Shown in pieces: positions 39,150 to 49,070 of a stretch of DNA of 64,000 bases. Below the pieces are notes generated by a model. That model saw only the letters and a program-made list of their open reading frames with translations. It did no database searches and was not told where the DNA came from. This DNA is from Spirochaetia bacterium (GTDB lineage: Bacteria; Spirochaetota; Spirochaetia; SP-2023): NCBI GenBank assembly GCA_965225855.1, contig CBDDCK010000005.1, positions 96,001 to 160,000 on the forward strand. Reading direction: 5' to 3'. How positions within the stretch are numbered: position 1 is the first letter of the stretch; each line of letters starts with the position of its first letter. Both the position numbers and the translations under genes were made by a program.

Positions 39150-40160
39150 ATGTTATTTAAGTATATTGGTTTTCATTTGTGTTTACCTTTCGCATTTGGG
39201 TTGGCTTTTGCTTCGGTTTCTCTACAAGCGCAAACTATTTTAAAATTGGCGACTATTACCCCAGATAATACCCCTTGGAACAATACTTTGTATGCTGGGG
39301 TTGAACAGATTGAGAAACTTACTAATGGGCGCGTGCGGATAAAAATTTTTGGCAATGGCTTAGCCGGTGAGGAACGCGAAGTTTTACGAAAAATACGTTT
39401 GGGCTCGGTCGATGCGGGGGTTTTTACGGCACTTTCGTTGAAGTCTGTCGTGCCAGAAACGTTGGTGTTGAGCTTGCCATATTTTGTCAGAAATCAAAAA
39501 GATTTATATAAAATGTTAGCGGAATTGACACCTGATTTTAATCAATCTTTTGCCAAAAATGGTTATGAAGCTTTAGGTTGGGTTTTCTCTGGCTGGATTT
39601 ATATGTTTTATAAAGATGATATTCGCAATCCCAATCAGGTTGGCAAAGTTCGGTTGGGAGTCAATCCAGCCGAACCAGAATTACAAGCAGCTTGGCAAGC
39701 TTTGGGTTTTCGCATGAATACGGTTTCTTTTTCTGATACTTTTATTTCATTGCAGAATGGTCTTTTAACGGGATTTTATGCTACTCCTGTTGGAGCGTTA
39801 GCCTACCAGTGGTTTACTTTTACCCCCCATATGCTCAAATCCAGAGTGGCCCCATTGCTTGGCAATATTTTAGTTTCGAGTAAAAGTTGGCGTAGAATCA
39901 ATCCAAACGATCAAAAAATCATTCGCTCAGAAATGGGCAAAATGATTAAAAATTTTTCCAATGTAGCTGTAGCACAAGATATGAAGGCTTTAGCTGTGAT
40001 GAAGAAAAATGGTTTAAAAGTCCATACCCCAAATGCAAAAGAAGAGCAAGCTTGGAATGATACTTTTCGGGACAAAGGACACCCGCAAGTGATTGGGCAG
40101 AGTAATGCTATTTCTAATGAATTATATGAGCGTGCCAAACAGATTATTCAAATGCGCTAG
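39150..40160 (+). CDS. dctP: TRAP substrate-binding protein (TatP-type)
   Basis: LKLATITPDNTPW and GEEREVLRKIRLGSVDAG motifs. Confidence 0.88.
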   Translation: MLFKYIGFHLCLPFAFGLAFASVSLQAQTILKLATITPDNTPWNNTLYAGVEQIEKLTNGRVRIKIFGNGLAGEEREVLRKIRLGSVDAGVFTALSLKSVVPETLVLSLPYFVRNQKDLYKMLAELTPDFNQSFAKNGYEALGWVFSGWIYMFYKDDIRNPNQVGKVRLGVNPAEPELQAAWQALGFRMNTVSFSDTFISLQNGLLTGFYATPVGALAYQWFTFTPHMLKSRVAPLLGNILVSSKSWRRINPNDQKIIRSEMGKMIKNFSNVAVAQDMKALAVMKKNGLKVHTPNAKEEQAWNDTFRDKGHPQVIGQSNAISNELYERAKQIIQMR

Positions 40161-40208
40161 GTAACTCTTTTTAGAGCATATTGTCTTCTAATATAAGGAG
40201 GGAGTTTC

Positions 40209-42203
40209 ATGGCAGTTGGGCCTTTGCTCAAGTTATTCTCTAACAGGATAAAGCTATTTGAACCAATCTTTAGTAAGGTGCGCTTTGCAGCTAAATTATT
40301 CTTCAAATGGATACGGCGATTTGAAGATTTAGTGAATATTTTTGTTGTTAGCTTATTATTTTTTTTACCGTTATTAGAAATTGTTTTGAGGAATTTTTTG
40401 CGAATGCCTGGTTTATATGGTTCAGAGCAGTATTCTGGGCATTTATTATTTATTTTGGCATTGAGTGCAGGGCTTTTTACCCAACGGCAGCAAATGCATT
40501 TGAGTTTATCTATCATCAATACTCATCTGCCGCTCTTTTGCCAAAAAGTGTTGAGTTGTATTAAATTATTTTGGGCTGCCGTAATATTATTGATGATCGG
40601 AATTTCATCTTGGGTTTTTTTGCAGAGTTTCAATTCTGCTGAATTGGTAGGCCTAATTCCTCTGCGATTTGTTTTGTATATTTTTCCTATATCTATAGGT
40701 TTATGGATATTGCGCCTCATGTTGCGCAATCCGCGTATTGCTTCAGAAGAATCTACATTGCCTTTATGGTTACAGGTTATCTTGGTATTGGCAGGTTTGG
40801 CCTTAGCTTGGTATTTATCCCAAATTTCGATCCTGCATTATTACATGAATGATCTTGAATTGCCGTTTGCAGAGCAAGAAAAACTATTTGAAAAAGAAGA
40901 TGCTTGGTTTTACTATTTTGGCAGAATTGGGCCATGGTTTATTGGTTTTACTTTGTTACTTTTTCTATTTGGCTTCCCTATATTTCTAACTTTGGCCGGA
41001 GTTAGTTATATGTTATTTAATCTGAATTTTAGCCCAGTTGAATTGATACCCAATGCCTTTTACACATTATTTACCGGAGAAGGCAATTTAAATTCTTTGC
41101 CATTGTTTGCGCTTGCAGGCTTTGTTTTGTCTGAAGGCAAATCGAGTAAGCGTTTGGTTGATTTTTTTCAACATTTATGTCGCAATATTCCGGGTGGTAT
41201 TGGTATTGTGGTGATTGTAACTAGTACTTTTTTTACAGTAGTAACAGGTGCTTCGGGCGTAACTATTTTAGCCTTAGGTGGTTTGCTTTACGATATTATG
41301 AGAAAAGCCGGCTATAACATTAGTTTTTCTATCGGTCTTCTTACTACATGTGGTAGTATCGGGTTACTCTTTCCGCCGAGCTTGCCCATTATTATTTATG
41401 GCACCAAAGTTGGGGTTAGTATCAAAGACTTGTTTTTGGCTGGAATATTGCCTGGAATTTTAATTACGGTGGTTCTTTGCTTGTTAGTTGTTTGGCACAT
41501 ACACAGTAAGTCCACTCAACCCGTTATCAATGATCCGAGCCTAAAGGCATTGCTGCGCAAAGCTTGGCTAGCTGCCGGCGAGTTATTATTGCCGGGATTT
41601 ATCTTTTTGGCCTATTTTTATTTTAAAGTTACGGCTCGCGAGATCAGTGCTTTAACGGTATGCTACGCTTTGGCTTTAAATTTGCTGATCCATCGAGACT
41701 TTGGTATACGAAATTTATTGCCGATTTTTCGGAGTTTGGCTGTAACTATGGGTGGTATTTTGTTAGTTGTTGGTTTTGCTCGTTCTTATTCAGACCATTT
41801 TGTGTTCTTTAATTTTCATGGTTTGCTACAAGACTATATGGAACAGCATGTATCTAGTTCTTATGCTTTTCTATTTATTGTCAACATTATTTTGTTGTTA
41901 GCTGGTTGCTTTCTGGATATTTTTTCTGCGATATATATTGTTGCCCCGTTGATCAGTTCCTTGAGCCAAGTTTTTATGGTGCCAGCAGAGCAGTTAGGGA
42001 TAATCTTTCTCTCGAACTTAGAATTGGGTTATATTACCCCTCCCGTTGGTTTATCGTTATTTTTGGCATCTTACCGTTTTAAAGTGCCGTTGCTGAAAAT
42101 TTATCAATATGTTGTACCATTCTTTTTAATTTCTTTAGTTTTGGTGTTGTCGGTAACCTATATACCATGGTTATCGACTTGGTTGCCTAGCTTATTTCCC
42201 TAA
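40209..42203 (+). CDS. dctM: Fused TRAP DctQ-DctM permease
   Basis: TGASGVTILALGGLL, GLLFPPSLP and LELGYITPPVG motifs; N-terminal Q-like TM segments. Confidence 0.9.
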   Translation: MAVGPLLKLFSNRIKLFEPIFSKVRFAAKLFFKWIRRFEDLVNIFVVSLLFFLPLLEIVLRNFLRMPGLYGSEQYSGHLLFILALSAGLFTQRQQMHLSLSIINTHLPLFCQKVLSCIKLFWAAVILLMIGISSWVFLQSFNSAELVGLIPLRFVLYIFPISIGLWILRLMLRNPRIASEESTLPLWLQVILVLAGLALAWYLSQISILHYYMNDLELPFAEQEKLFEKEDAWFYYFGRIGPWFIGFTLLLFLFGFPIFLTLAGVSYMLFNLNFSPVELIPNAFYTLFTGEGNLNSLPLFALAGFVLSEGKSSKRLVDFFQHLCRNIPGGIGIVVIVTSTFFTVVTGASGVTILALGGLLYDIMRKAGYNISFSIGLLTTCGSIGLLFPPSLPIIIYGTKVGVSIKDLFLAGILPGILITVVLCLLVVWHIHSKSTQPVINDPSLKALLRKAWLAAGELLLPGFIFLAYFYFKVTAREISALTVCYALALNLLIHRDFGIRNLLPIFRSLAVTMGGILLVVGFARSYSDHFVFFNFHGLLQDYMEQHVSSSYAFLFIVNIILLLAGCFLDIFSAIYIVAPLISSLSQVFMVPAEQLGIIFLSNLELGYITPPVGLSLFLASYRFKVPLLKIYQYVVPFFLISLVLVLSVTYIPWLSTWLPSLFP

Positions 42204-42218
42204 AGGTTTGTTTTGTTT

Positions 42219-42779
42219 ATGCTTGGGTTCAGGAATTTTTTTGTAGTATTATTGACTATTTCTCCAATATATCTTTATGCCGATGGTTTGTCCGGCGATT
42301 TGGATTTAAGCAGCTTCAGTTTAGCTGGAATTGAAGTATTGTCGTTAGAAAAGCGGATTCGGGCTTTAAATTTTCGGCTTGAGACGTTGGACAAAGCAGA
42401 AGCTGTTGGATTATTTCACTATCGCAATAAAGTCCGAGTGATTAGTCTTTGGGCGTCTTGGTCGCTGCCATCTCGTGCGGCAATGCCGGGCATACAGTCG
42501 TTGTATGATGAATTGAAAGGACAAGGGTTGGTCTGGTTGGCCATTAATTCAGGGGAAGATCGAAGTATTGTAGAAAGTTATGTCCAAAAATATGATAAAT
42601 ATACTTTTCCGGTGTTGCTTGACCCAAAAAATTCTGTTATGCAACAATATAGTGCGCAGAGTTTACCTGCAACTTTGATCATCAATAAAAATGGTTATAT
42701 CGTTGCTTTGGCGGTGGGAAGTGTGGATTGGAGAAATAGAGCTGTTGTGGAAGGTTTCCAAAAGTTGTTAGCAGAATGA
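42219..42779 (+). CDS. TlpA/ResA-like thioredoxin-fold protein lacking CxxC (SLPS)
   Basis: LWASWSLPSR, AINSGED, FPVLLD and SLPATLIINKNG motifs. Confidence 0.85.
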   Translation: MLGFRNFFVVLLTISPIYLYADGLSGDLDLSSFSLAGIEVLSLEKRIRALNFRLETLDKAEAVGLFHYRNKVRVISLWASWSLPSRAAMPGIQSLYDELKGQGLVWLAINSGEDRSIVESYVQKYDKYTFPVLLDPKNSVMQQYSAQSLPATLIINKNGYIVALAVGSVDWRNRAVVEGFQKLLAE

Positions 42780-44623
42780 GAAAGAACGATGATTGTATAA
42801 AATGGGATAATCCTGCCTGGGAATATTTTACTATCCAGAAATTACGTGGTCAAAACTTTGCTGGTGAATGGCCGACTATACCGGAATTTTTACAATATAC
42901 CATAGAGCATTTTCCCGATAACCCGGCTTTTACATCATTTAGTGATAGCAAACAAACTATTACTTATGGTAAATTGGGTCAATATGTAGAGTCTATTGCT
43001 AGGGCTTTGCAAAATCTCGGGCTGCAGTTCGGGGATAAAATTGCCATTATTGGTAAAAATAGTCCAGCTTGGGGTTTGGTATATTTAGCTAGTTTGTGTG
43101 CTGGTTGTGTGGTTGTACCACTTGATGTAAATCAGAGTACAGCCTTTCAGCAACATTTGCTCAAATTTGTGGAAGCAAAAGTTGTATTTCTCGATTGTGA
43201 ACTATCCCAAAAGTTTAGCGGTTCTTACCACAAATTTGTTTTGCAGAATTCTAGTAGTGGCACAAATATTTGGGATTTACTCGAACAATACAAAAAACAA
43301 TTGCATAGAGACTTGCGTGCCTTAGCTTCATTATCTTGTAATGATCTTGCAGCGTTATTGACTACTTCTGGTACCACAGGCAATGAGAAATTGGCGATGC
43401 TCACACACGCTAATTTTACCAGCAATGTGATTCAATCTGTTTACCCGGGATTACAACAAATTTTCGCTACCGATCGCTTTTATCTATTATTGCCGATGCA
43501 CCATTCTTATCCGATGACGGCGGTATTTTTAGAAAGTATTAGCCACGGTAGCGAAATTATTTTCCCGCGAGGCTTGGCTATACAACAAATTATACAGGAT
43601 TTAAAAGACGGTAGAGTTACGGTTTTTATGGGAATACCTCGGTTATTCAATAAAATTCTTCAAGGGGTACTGCAAAAAGTAAAAGTGCAAGGTCCTTTGA
43701 AAAATTTCATTTTCCATTCACTACTAAAAATATCCGATATTTTTGACCGTTTAGGTAAGCCAATCGGTTCTAAATTGTTTGCCAAAGTATTGCAAGCTAT
43801 GGGCTTTGAGCATATTCGCATATTGTTGTCTGGAGCTGGGGTATTGATGCCAGAAGTAGGGAAAAAATATCGGCAGTTGGGGTTGGATTTTATCCAAGGC
43901 TACGGTCTAACAGAAGCAGCACCTATTGTAACATTGAATCCAGCGGGAACGACAGAGCTTCGTTCTGTTGGCCGATTATTGCCTTTAGTAAGTGGGCGTT
44001 TGGAACAAATGCAGGAACAAACTGTTGAAGGCTATTCTGTGGGAGAGCTTTGTATTGATGGCCCGAACAAGATGCAGGGCTACTACAAAAATTTGAGGGC
44101 AACAGAAGAAATTTTTACCGAAGATGGTTGGTTGCGTACAGGTGATATGGGATATTTTGACTCGAAAGGGTATTTTTATATTACAGGACGCTGTAAAAAT
44201 GTAATTATAAATTCCAGTGGGAAAAATATTTATCCTGAAGAAATTGAAGAATTGTTCCAGCTGAATAGTATTTTTGAGCAGGTAATGGTGCGTGGTTATC
44301 AAGAGCAGGATACAGAAAAAGTTGAATTAGTGATTCATCCTAAATTGCTGGAATCAACACTTTCTGAGCTTTCTCAAATTGATCAAAAATCCTTGCTTAC
44401 AAATGAGAAAAATAAATTGGGTGAAATTTTTGATGAAATTATGCAGAAAAAAATACTTAGCAATGTAGCTGAAGTCAACAAAAAATTATTGGCGTACCAG
44501 AAAATTAGCCGAATTCGGCTAGTGCTCGTGCCTTTAGATATGACGACTACCCAAAAGATTAAGCGGTTTTTGGTTGAACAGCGTTTGGCCAAATATGACG
44601 ATGGGCTCATACTAGAATCTTAG
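42776..44623 (+). CDS. fadD: Long-chain fatty acid-CoA ligase (AMP-binding)
   Basis: TSGTTGNEK, QGYGLTE, GWLRTGDMG and GKNIYPEEIE motifs. Confidence 0.85.
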   Translation: MRKNDDCIKWDNPAWEYFTIQKLRGQNFAGEWPTIPEFLQYTIEHFPDNPAFTSFSDSKQTITYGKLGQYVESIARALQNLGLQFGDKIAIIGKNSPAWGLVYLASLCAGCVVVPLDVNQSTAFQQHLLKFVEAKVVFLDCELSQKFSGSYHKFVLQNSSSGTNIWDLLEQYKKQLHRDLRALASLSCNDLAALLTTSGTTGNEKLAMLTHANFTSNVIQSVYPGLQQIFATDRFYLLLPMHHSYPMTAVFLESISHGSEIIFPRGLAIQQIIQDLKDGRVTVFMGIPRLFNKILQGVLQKVKVQGPLKNFIFHSLLKISDIFDRLGKPIGSKLFAKVLQAMGFEHIRILLSGAGVLMPEVGKKYRQLGLDFIQGYGLTEAAPIVTLNPAGTTELRSVGRLLPLVSGRLEQMQEQTVEGYSVGELCIDGPNKMQGYYKNLRATEEIFTEDGWLRTGDMGYFDSKGYFYITGRCKNVIINSSGKNIYPEEIEELFQLNSIFEQVMVRGYQEQDTEKVELVIHPKLLESTLSELSQIDQKSLLTNEKNKLGEIFDEIMQKKILSNVAEVNKKLLAYQKISRIRLVLVPLDMTTTQKIKRFLVEQRLAKYDDGLILES

Positions 44624-44667
44624 CTTATTATATGATTAATCCTTATTTTATCATGTGAGGAGTTTTT

Positions 44668-45528
44668 ATGAAAGTATTGTTACTTGGTTGCGGTAATATG
44701 GGTGGGGCAATGTTGCAAGCTTGCTTGCCTTTGCTGGAAAATATTTGGCAGGAAGTTTGGGTTTTGCGTATGGCTGAAAATCAGCGGCGGAAACTGGAAA
44801 GGCATTCAGATTATAGTCATCTGGCCTCTAAAATACATTTGGCTTCGACTTTTATTGAATTAGATGCCACGGAGCAGCAATTTGACCTAATTATACTAGG
44901 TATGAAACCACAAATTATTCGCGAGCAAATGGAAAATTGTATATTATTTGACAATAATAGTTTGTGGTTTACCATGGCAGCTGGCCTACCGCTTTCTTGG
45001 TATAAAAAATATAAGCCTAACTTGCGCATATTGAGAATTATGCCAAATTTAGGGGCCCAAGTTGGCCAAGGTGCAAATCTGTTTTATAAAGAGCCAACGC
45101 TAACATTGAATTTGACAGAACAGCTTTCGATTGAGCAGTTGACACAGAATATAGGTGTATCGGTTTGGTGCGATAAGGAAACACAATTGGATAATGCCAC
45201 AGTGGTAACGGGTTCAGGACCAGCATATTTTTACTTACTAACTGAGGCGTTGCAGCTTGAATTAGAAAAGCAAGGTTTTTCACTCAAGCAAGCCAGCACT
45301 TTGGCAGAGGCATCATTTTTGGGTGCTGCAGCTTATTTGGCGGATATGCAAGAATTTGATCAACCTAACTTGGCAGGCCATTTGCGTGAGGCTGTTACCA
45401 GTAAAGCTGGAATAACCGAAGCTGCTTTGTCAGTACTAAGTCCGCAATTAATGGCAAGCTTTGCCGAGGCTGTGGTTTGCGGTATTGAACGTAATGAGGA
45501 ATTGTATACCCAATTGGCCTTAGGATAA
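44668..45528 (+). CDS. proC: Pyrroline-5-carboxylate reductase
   Basis: GCGNMG, MKPQ, RIMPN, TGSGPAY and VTSKAGIT motifs. Confidence 0.93.
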   Translation: MKVLLLGCGNMGGAMLQACLPLLENIWQEVWVLRMAENQRRKLERHSDYSHLASKIHLASTFIELDATEQQFDLIILGMKPQIIREQMENCILFDNNSLWFTMAAGLPLSWYKKYKPNLRILRIMPNLGAQVGQGANLFYKEPTLTLNLTEQLSIEQLTQNIGVSVWCDKETQLDNATVVTGSGPAYFYLLTEALQLELEKQGFSLKQASTLAEASFLGAAAYLADMQEFDQPNLAGHLREAVTSKAGITEAALSVLSPQLMASFAEAVVCGIERNEELYTQLALG

Positions 45529-45549
45529 AGTAGAAATAATGATAGAGCA

Positions 45550-46749
45550 ATGACTATTGTAGTAAAAGTTGGTAGTCAATCGCTGTTGCAAGCTACTGGT
45601 AAGCTTGATTGTAATCTTATGGCAGAGCTAGTGCGACAAATTGCTATACTAAAACGCCAAGGCCATACAGTATATTTTATTAGTTCTGGTGCGGTGGCTG
45701 CGGGCCGCGGTATTTGGCAAAATCCTCAAAAGTTAAGTGAGACAGCATCACGCCAAATTTTTGCCGGTTTAGGCCAAGTAGAATTGATGCAAATTTATAG
45801 GCAACTTGCGGCCGAACATCAGCTTCATGCTGTCCAATTATTACTGACAAAAATGGATTTTATTAGCCGTAGTCATTATTTAAATGTGGAACGGTTACTG
45901 CTAAGTTTGCAAGATTTTCCTAAATTGTTGCCTGTGATCAATGAAAACGACAGTGTTGCCGTTGAAGAATTATTATTTACCGATAATGATCAGTTGGCTG
46001 GAGTTCTTTCGCAGCAAATGGAGGCACACTTATTGTTATTGCTTACGGAAGCGCAAGGCATTTATGATAAAAATCCGCATGAAGATGGGGCAGAATTATT
46101 TACACTACTGGGCCCTGATAGTGGGGTTGCTTGGCCTAAAATTGAAGGGAAAAGCCATAGCGGGCGAGGGGGTATTTCGAGCAAGTTAGAGACGGCCCGT
46201 AAAATGAGCCGAGTGGGTTTGCTTACCAGCATTGCTTCTGCCCGTCAAGCAGAAATTATTTTGCGAGTGGTTGCCGCAGCAGAGCATTTTATAGTAATGC
46301 AGAACAACGCCAATCTTCAAGCTGAATTTCAAATCAAAGAAGCACGACAAAAATGGCGCGAAGCATGGGTTGCCCAGCCAGAGCTTGGTACTATGATTTT
46401 ACCTTCTTGTGAAACCCAAATGCCAGAAACGAAAAAAAATTTACGGGGAGTTCGCAAATGGCTCTCTGCTAGAAATTTGGCTGCAGGCCATGCTCGTATT
46501 ATCGTCAATGAAGGATTGGCTCAAAAATTAAAAAGTGGCAGCCAAGCGATTAGTATCTTGCCTGTTGGTATTGTTTCCTATGAAGGGGAATTTTCTAAAG
46601 GGGATTTAATTGATATTTACTCTTTAGAGCAATCAATAAAGCTTGGAATTGGCCTAGCTCGTTACGGCCATCTACAATTGAAAAAAGTTATGTCCCAAAA
46701 AAATCAGGCGATTTTTATCCATTACAATTATCTCCACATTGAAAAATGA
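45550..46749 (+). CDS. proB: Glutamate 5-kinase with PUA domain
   Basis: IVVKVGS, SSGAVAAG, PVINEND and FTDNDQLA motifs; C-terminal PUA domain. Confidence 0.93.
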   Translation: MTIVVKVGSQSLLQATGKLDCNLMAELVRQIAILKRQGHTVYFISSGAVAAGRGIWQNPQKLSETASRQIFAGLGQVELMQIYRQLAAEHQLHAVQLLLTKMDFISRSHYLNVERLLLSLQDFPKLLPVINENDSVAVEELLFTDNDQLAGVLSQQMEAHLLLLLTEAQGIYDKNPHEDGAELFTLLGPDSGVAWPKIEGKSHSGRGGISSKLETARKMSRVGLLTSIASARQAEIILRVVAAAEHFIVMQNNANLQAEFQIKEARQKWREAWVAQPELGTMILPSCETQMPETKKNLRGVRKWLSARNLAAGHARIIVNEGLAQKLKSGSQAISILPVGIVSYEGEFSKGDLIDIYSLEQSIKLGIGLARYGHLQLKKVMSQKNQAIFIHYNYLHIEK

Positions 46750-46772
46750 GCAATAGAAGCGTTGCAAGAAGC

Positions 46773-47672
46773 TCAAACAAAGCCGTGTTCAGACATGGAA
46801 AAATAGTCTGTTTCAGAAAAGATAATATGATCGAATAGTTTGATTCCCAGTATTTTTGCGACTTCTTGCAAACGTTTGGTGCTTTTTAAATCTTCGGTAC
46901 TGGGTTCTAAATGCCCGCTTGGGTGGTTGTGTGCGATAATAACGCTATTGGCTTGTTCGCGTACAGCATGTGTAAACACTTCCCTAGGGTGCAACAAACT
47001 GCGGTTTACCGTGCCTCGTGTGATGAGCCGAATAGACAAAGCTTCACATGCACCATTGAGATTTAAAGCAATTAAGTTTTCTTGCTGATCGGCAAAGTGG
47101 ACAATTTGCCGGTAAATTGCTTCCGGAGTATTCAATTGTTTGGTGGTAGGGGCGGGCAAACGCCTAGCAAATTCCATTGCAGCCAGTATACAGGTGCTTT
47201 TGCCAAGTCCCATTCCTTTGATGCTTTGTAGGGTTTCCAAATTGGTGGCAAAAGGTTCTTTTAGTAATACGGGCAAAACTTTTGCCGCTAACTGCTCTAC
47301 CGATTGTTCACTGTTGCCGCTACCGAGTAAAAGGCAGAACAATTCAAAGTTACTCAAGCTTGCCACACCTTGTGCTTGTAGCTTTTCACGCGGTTTGAGA
47401 GGGCCTGTTTCAAGCCATTCATCATATTTATAGCCTTCAGCGGCCCATTTTTCTGGTATTTTTTGCTGTTGTTGCTCTTTTGCTTGTGGCGGGAGGCTTG
47501 ATGCGGGTGCTTCAGAGGTAGATTCTAACTGCTGCGCTAAAGGCTTTTGCCTACTCAAATAGCTAGAATCAGCCTTTATAGCAGGGCTTCTTTGTCTTTT
47601 TTTTTGCTCTTCGGCAAGTCGTGCCGCTTCTAGTTCATTGTACAGGGATTTTATTTGATCTAACATATCCAC
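46773..47672 (-). CDS. radC: RadC/JAB family protein with N-terminal extension
   Basis: PREKL, HPREVF, AHNHPSG..PS.ED and LFDHII motifs. Confidence 0.92.
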   Translation of the reverse strand: MDMLDQIKSLYNELEAARLAEEQKKRQRSPAIKADSSYLSRQKPLAQQLESTSEAPASSLPPQAKEQQQQKIPEKWAAEGYKYDEWLETGPLKPREKLQAQGVASLSNFELFCLLLGSGNSEQSVEQLAAKVLPVLLKEPFATNLETLQSIKGMGLGKSTCILAAMEFARRLPAPTTKQLNTPEAIYRQIVHFADQQENLIALNLNGACEALSIRLITRGTVNRSLLHPREVFTHAVREQANSVIIAHNHPSGHLEPSTEDLKSTKRLQEVAKILGIKLFDHIIFSETDYFSMSEHGFV

Positions 47673-47807
47673 TGTATAAAAGGCAAAAAATTATTTTTAA
47701 GTACTATCGTAAGGACATGCTCACTGCTAAAATTTTTTGCTAGTGCTACAACCCCAAAGGCCACACGCAAAAACACAATAGGTAATTCCATAGCTATGGA
47801 TTGTACA

Positions 47808-47848
47808 AGTCGATAACTATGGACTAGGTCGGTCCATAATTATCGACT
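47808..47848. repeat. Palindromic element A
   Basis: AGTCGATAACTATGGAC-TAGGTCG-GTCCATAATTATCGACT. Confidence 0.9.
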
Positions 47849-47949
47849 AGGTTGTTTCTGAATATTCAATACAGTGCAACCCACTACCCGCTTGGTAGTG
47901 AATTACTAGCCATATTTGCCCCACAAAAAAAGTCAAGCAAGGCTTGGGC

Positions 47950-48477
47950 TTACATCAATTTAAGCAAGCCCAAGATACCAATAACTAGGCCAATGCCTGT
48001 TCCTATAAACCATTGCAACATCAAAAACCTTTTATCCACTTGTTCAAAGCGTTTGTCCATGTTTTGTTGCATAGCTTCAAAGCGTTTGTCCATGTTTTGT
48101 TGCATAGCTTCAAAGCGTTTGTCCATGTTTTGTTGCATAGCTTCAAAGCGTTTATCGATACTTTGCTGCATAGCTTCAAAGCGCTTGTCGACTTGTTCAA
48201 AGCGCTTGTCCATTTGCTGCATAAAGGTTTTAAGCACTTCTTGGTTTTGTTGCAGTAGCTCCCTTTGGTGCTTAAGCTCTTCTTCCACACGCACCATGCG
48301 TTCTAGTAGTTCAGGCCCATAATTGGGCCTTTCGACTTTGGCGGGTGCTGGCAATGGTTGCTGCGCCAATTGTTCTTTTAGTTGGCGCTGCACTTCCTTA
48401 GCTAAATTTTCTTTTAGTAGGTTTTCGATTAGGTCTTGTATCAAAGCTTGGTCATGGTGTTCGGCTAAATTATTCAC
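47950..48477 (-). CDS. Bdr-like coiled-coil repeat protein, paralogue 2
   Basis: Near-identical to 4452-5171 but with 7 DKRF units; GTG start 6 nt after TTGGCT-17-TATATT (48484-48512). Confidence 0.82.
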   Translation of the reverse strand: MNNLAEHHDQALIQDLIENLLKENLAKEVQRQLKEQLAQQPLPAPAKVERPNYGPELLERMVRVEEELKHQRELLQQNQEVLKTFMQQMDKRFEQVDKRFEAMQQSIDKRFEAMQQNMDKRFEAMQQNMDKRFEAMQQNMDKRFEQVDKRFLMLQWFIGTGIGLVIGILGLLKLM

Positions 48478-48718
48478 TACCCCAATATACCCTAAAGTAT
48501 AAGTAAAGCCAAGTGCTTGACCTAAACTTTTTGGTAAAAAGTCAAGCAATAGTTTGGTTGTACCAAGCCCCACCAAAAGGCAAATAAAGTAGTCGATCGT
48601 AAAAACTAGATTATCATAAGCAAAACTATTCTACTACCAAGCGAGTAGTGGGTTACTAGCCATAGTACCCACCCAAAAGGCAAGCAAGGCTTGGCCAAAG
48701 TTTATCTTGTTACAAAAA

Positions 48719-48954
48719 TCTCTTGTTAGGCATTAAGAAATTCTGTTGTTGGGCATTAAGAGACTCTCTTATTAGGTATTAAGAAATTCTCTTTTTATGC
48801 ATTAAGAGACTCTCTTGTTGGTTATTAAGAAACTCTGTTGTTAGGTATTAAGAGACTCTGTTGTTGGGCATTAAGAGACTCTGTTGTTGGGTATTAAGAA
48901 ACTCTGTTGTTGGGTATTAAGAAATTCTCTTATTAAGCATTAAGAGACTCTCTT
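48719..48954. repeat. Tandem repeat, 10 x 23 bp
   Basis: ATTAAG recurs at 48732 and every 23 bp up to 48939; consensus TCTSTTGTTRGGYATTAAGARAY. Confidence 0.93.
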
Positions 48955-49070
48955 AATTTTTATGGCAACGTTTTAGCTTGGTGGTTTTGGCCTTGGTATG
49001 TTCTCCATACCAAGGCTGTAATTGATAAAAGCAGCCTTGATAAGAAAACTTACCAAGGCTGAACCAAACC

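Noticed and set aside
44668..46749. Missing proA as pathway loss
   Set aside because: proA may lie elsewhere in the genome; this cannot be judged from the window.
46773..47672. radC as a marker of an integrated mobile element
   Set aside because: Full-length chromosomal type with the N-terminal HhH region, next to proBC; no mobility genes nearby.
48719..48954. 23-bp array as CRISPR
   Set aside because: The units are contiguous with no unique spacers.
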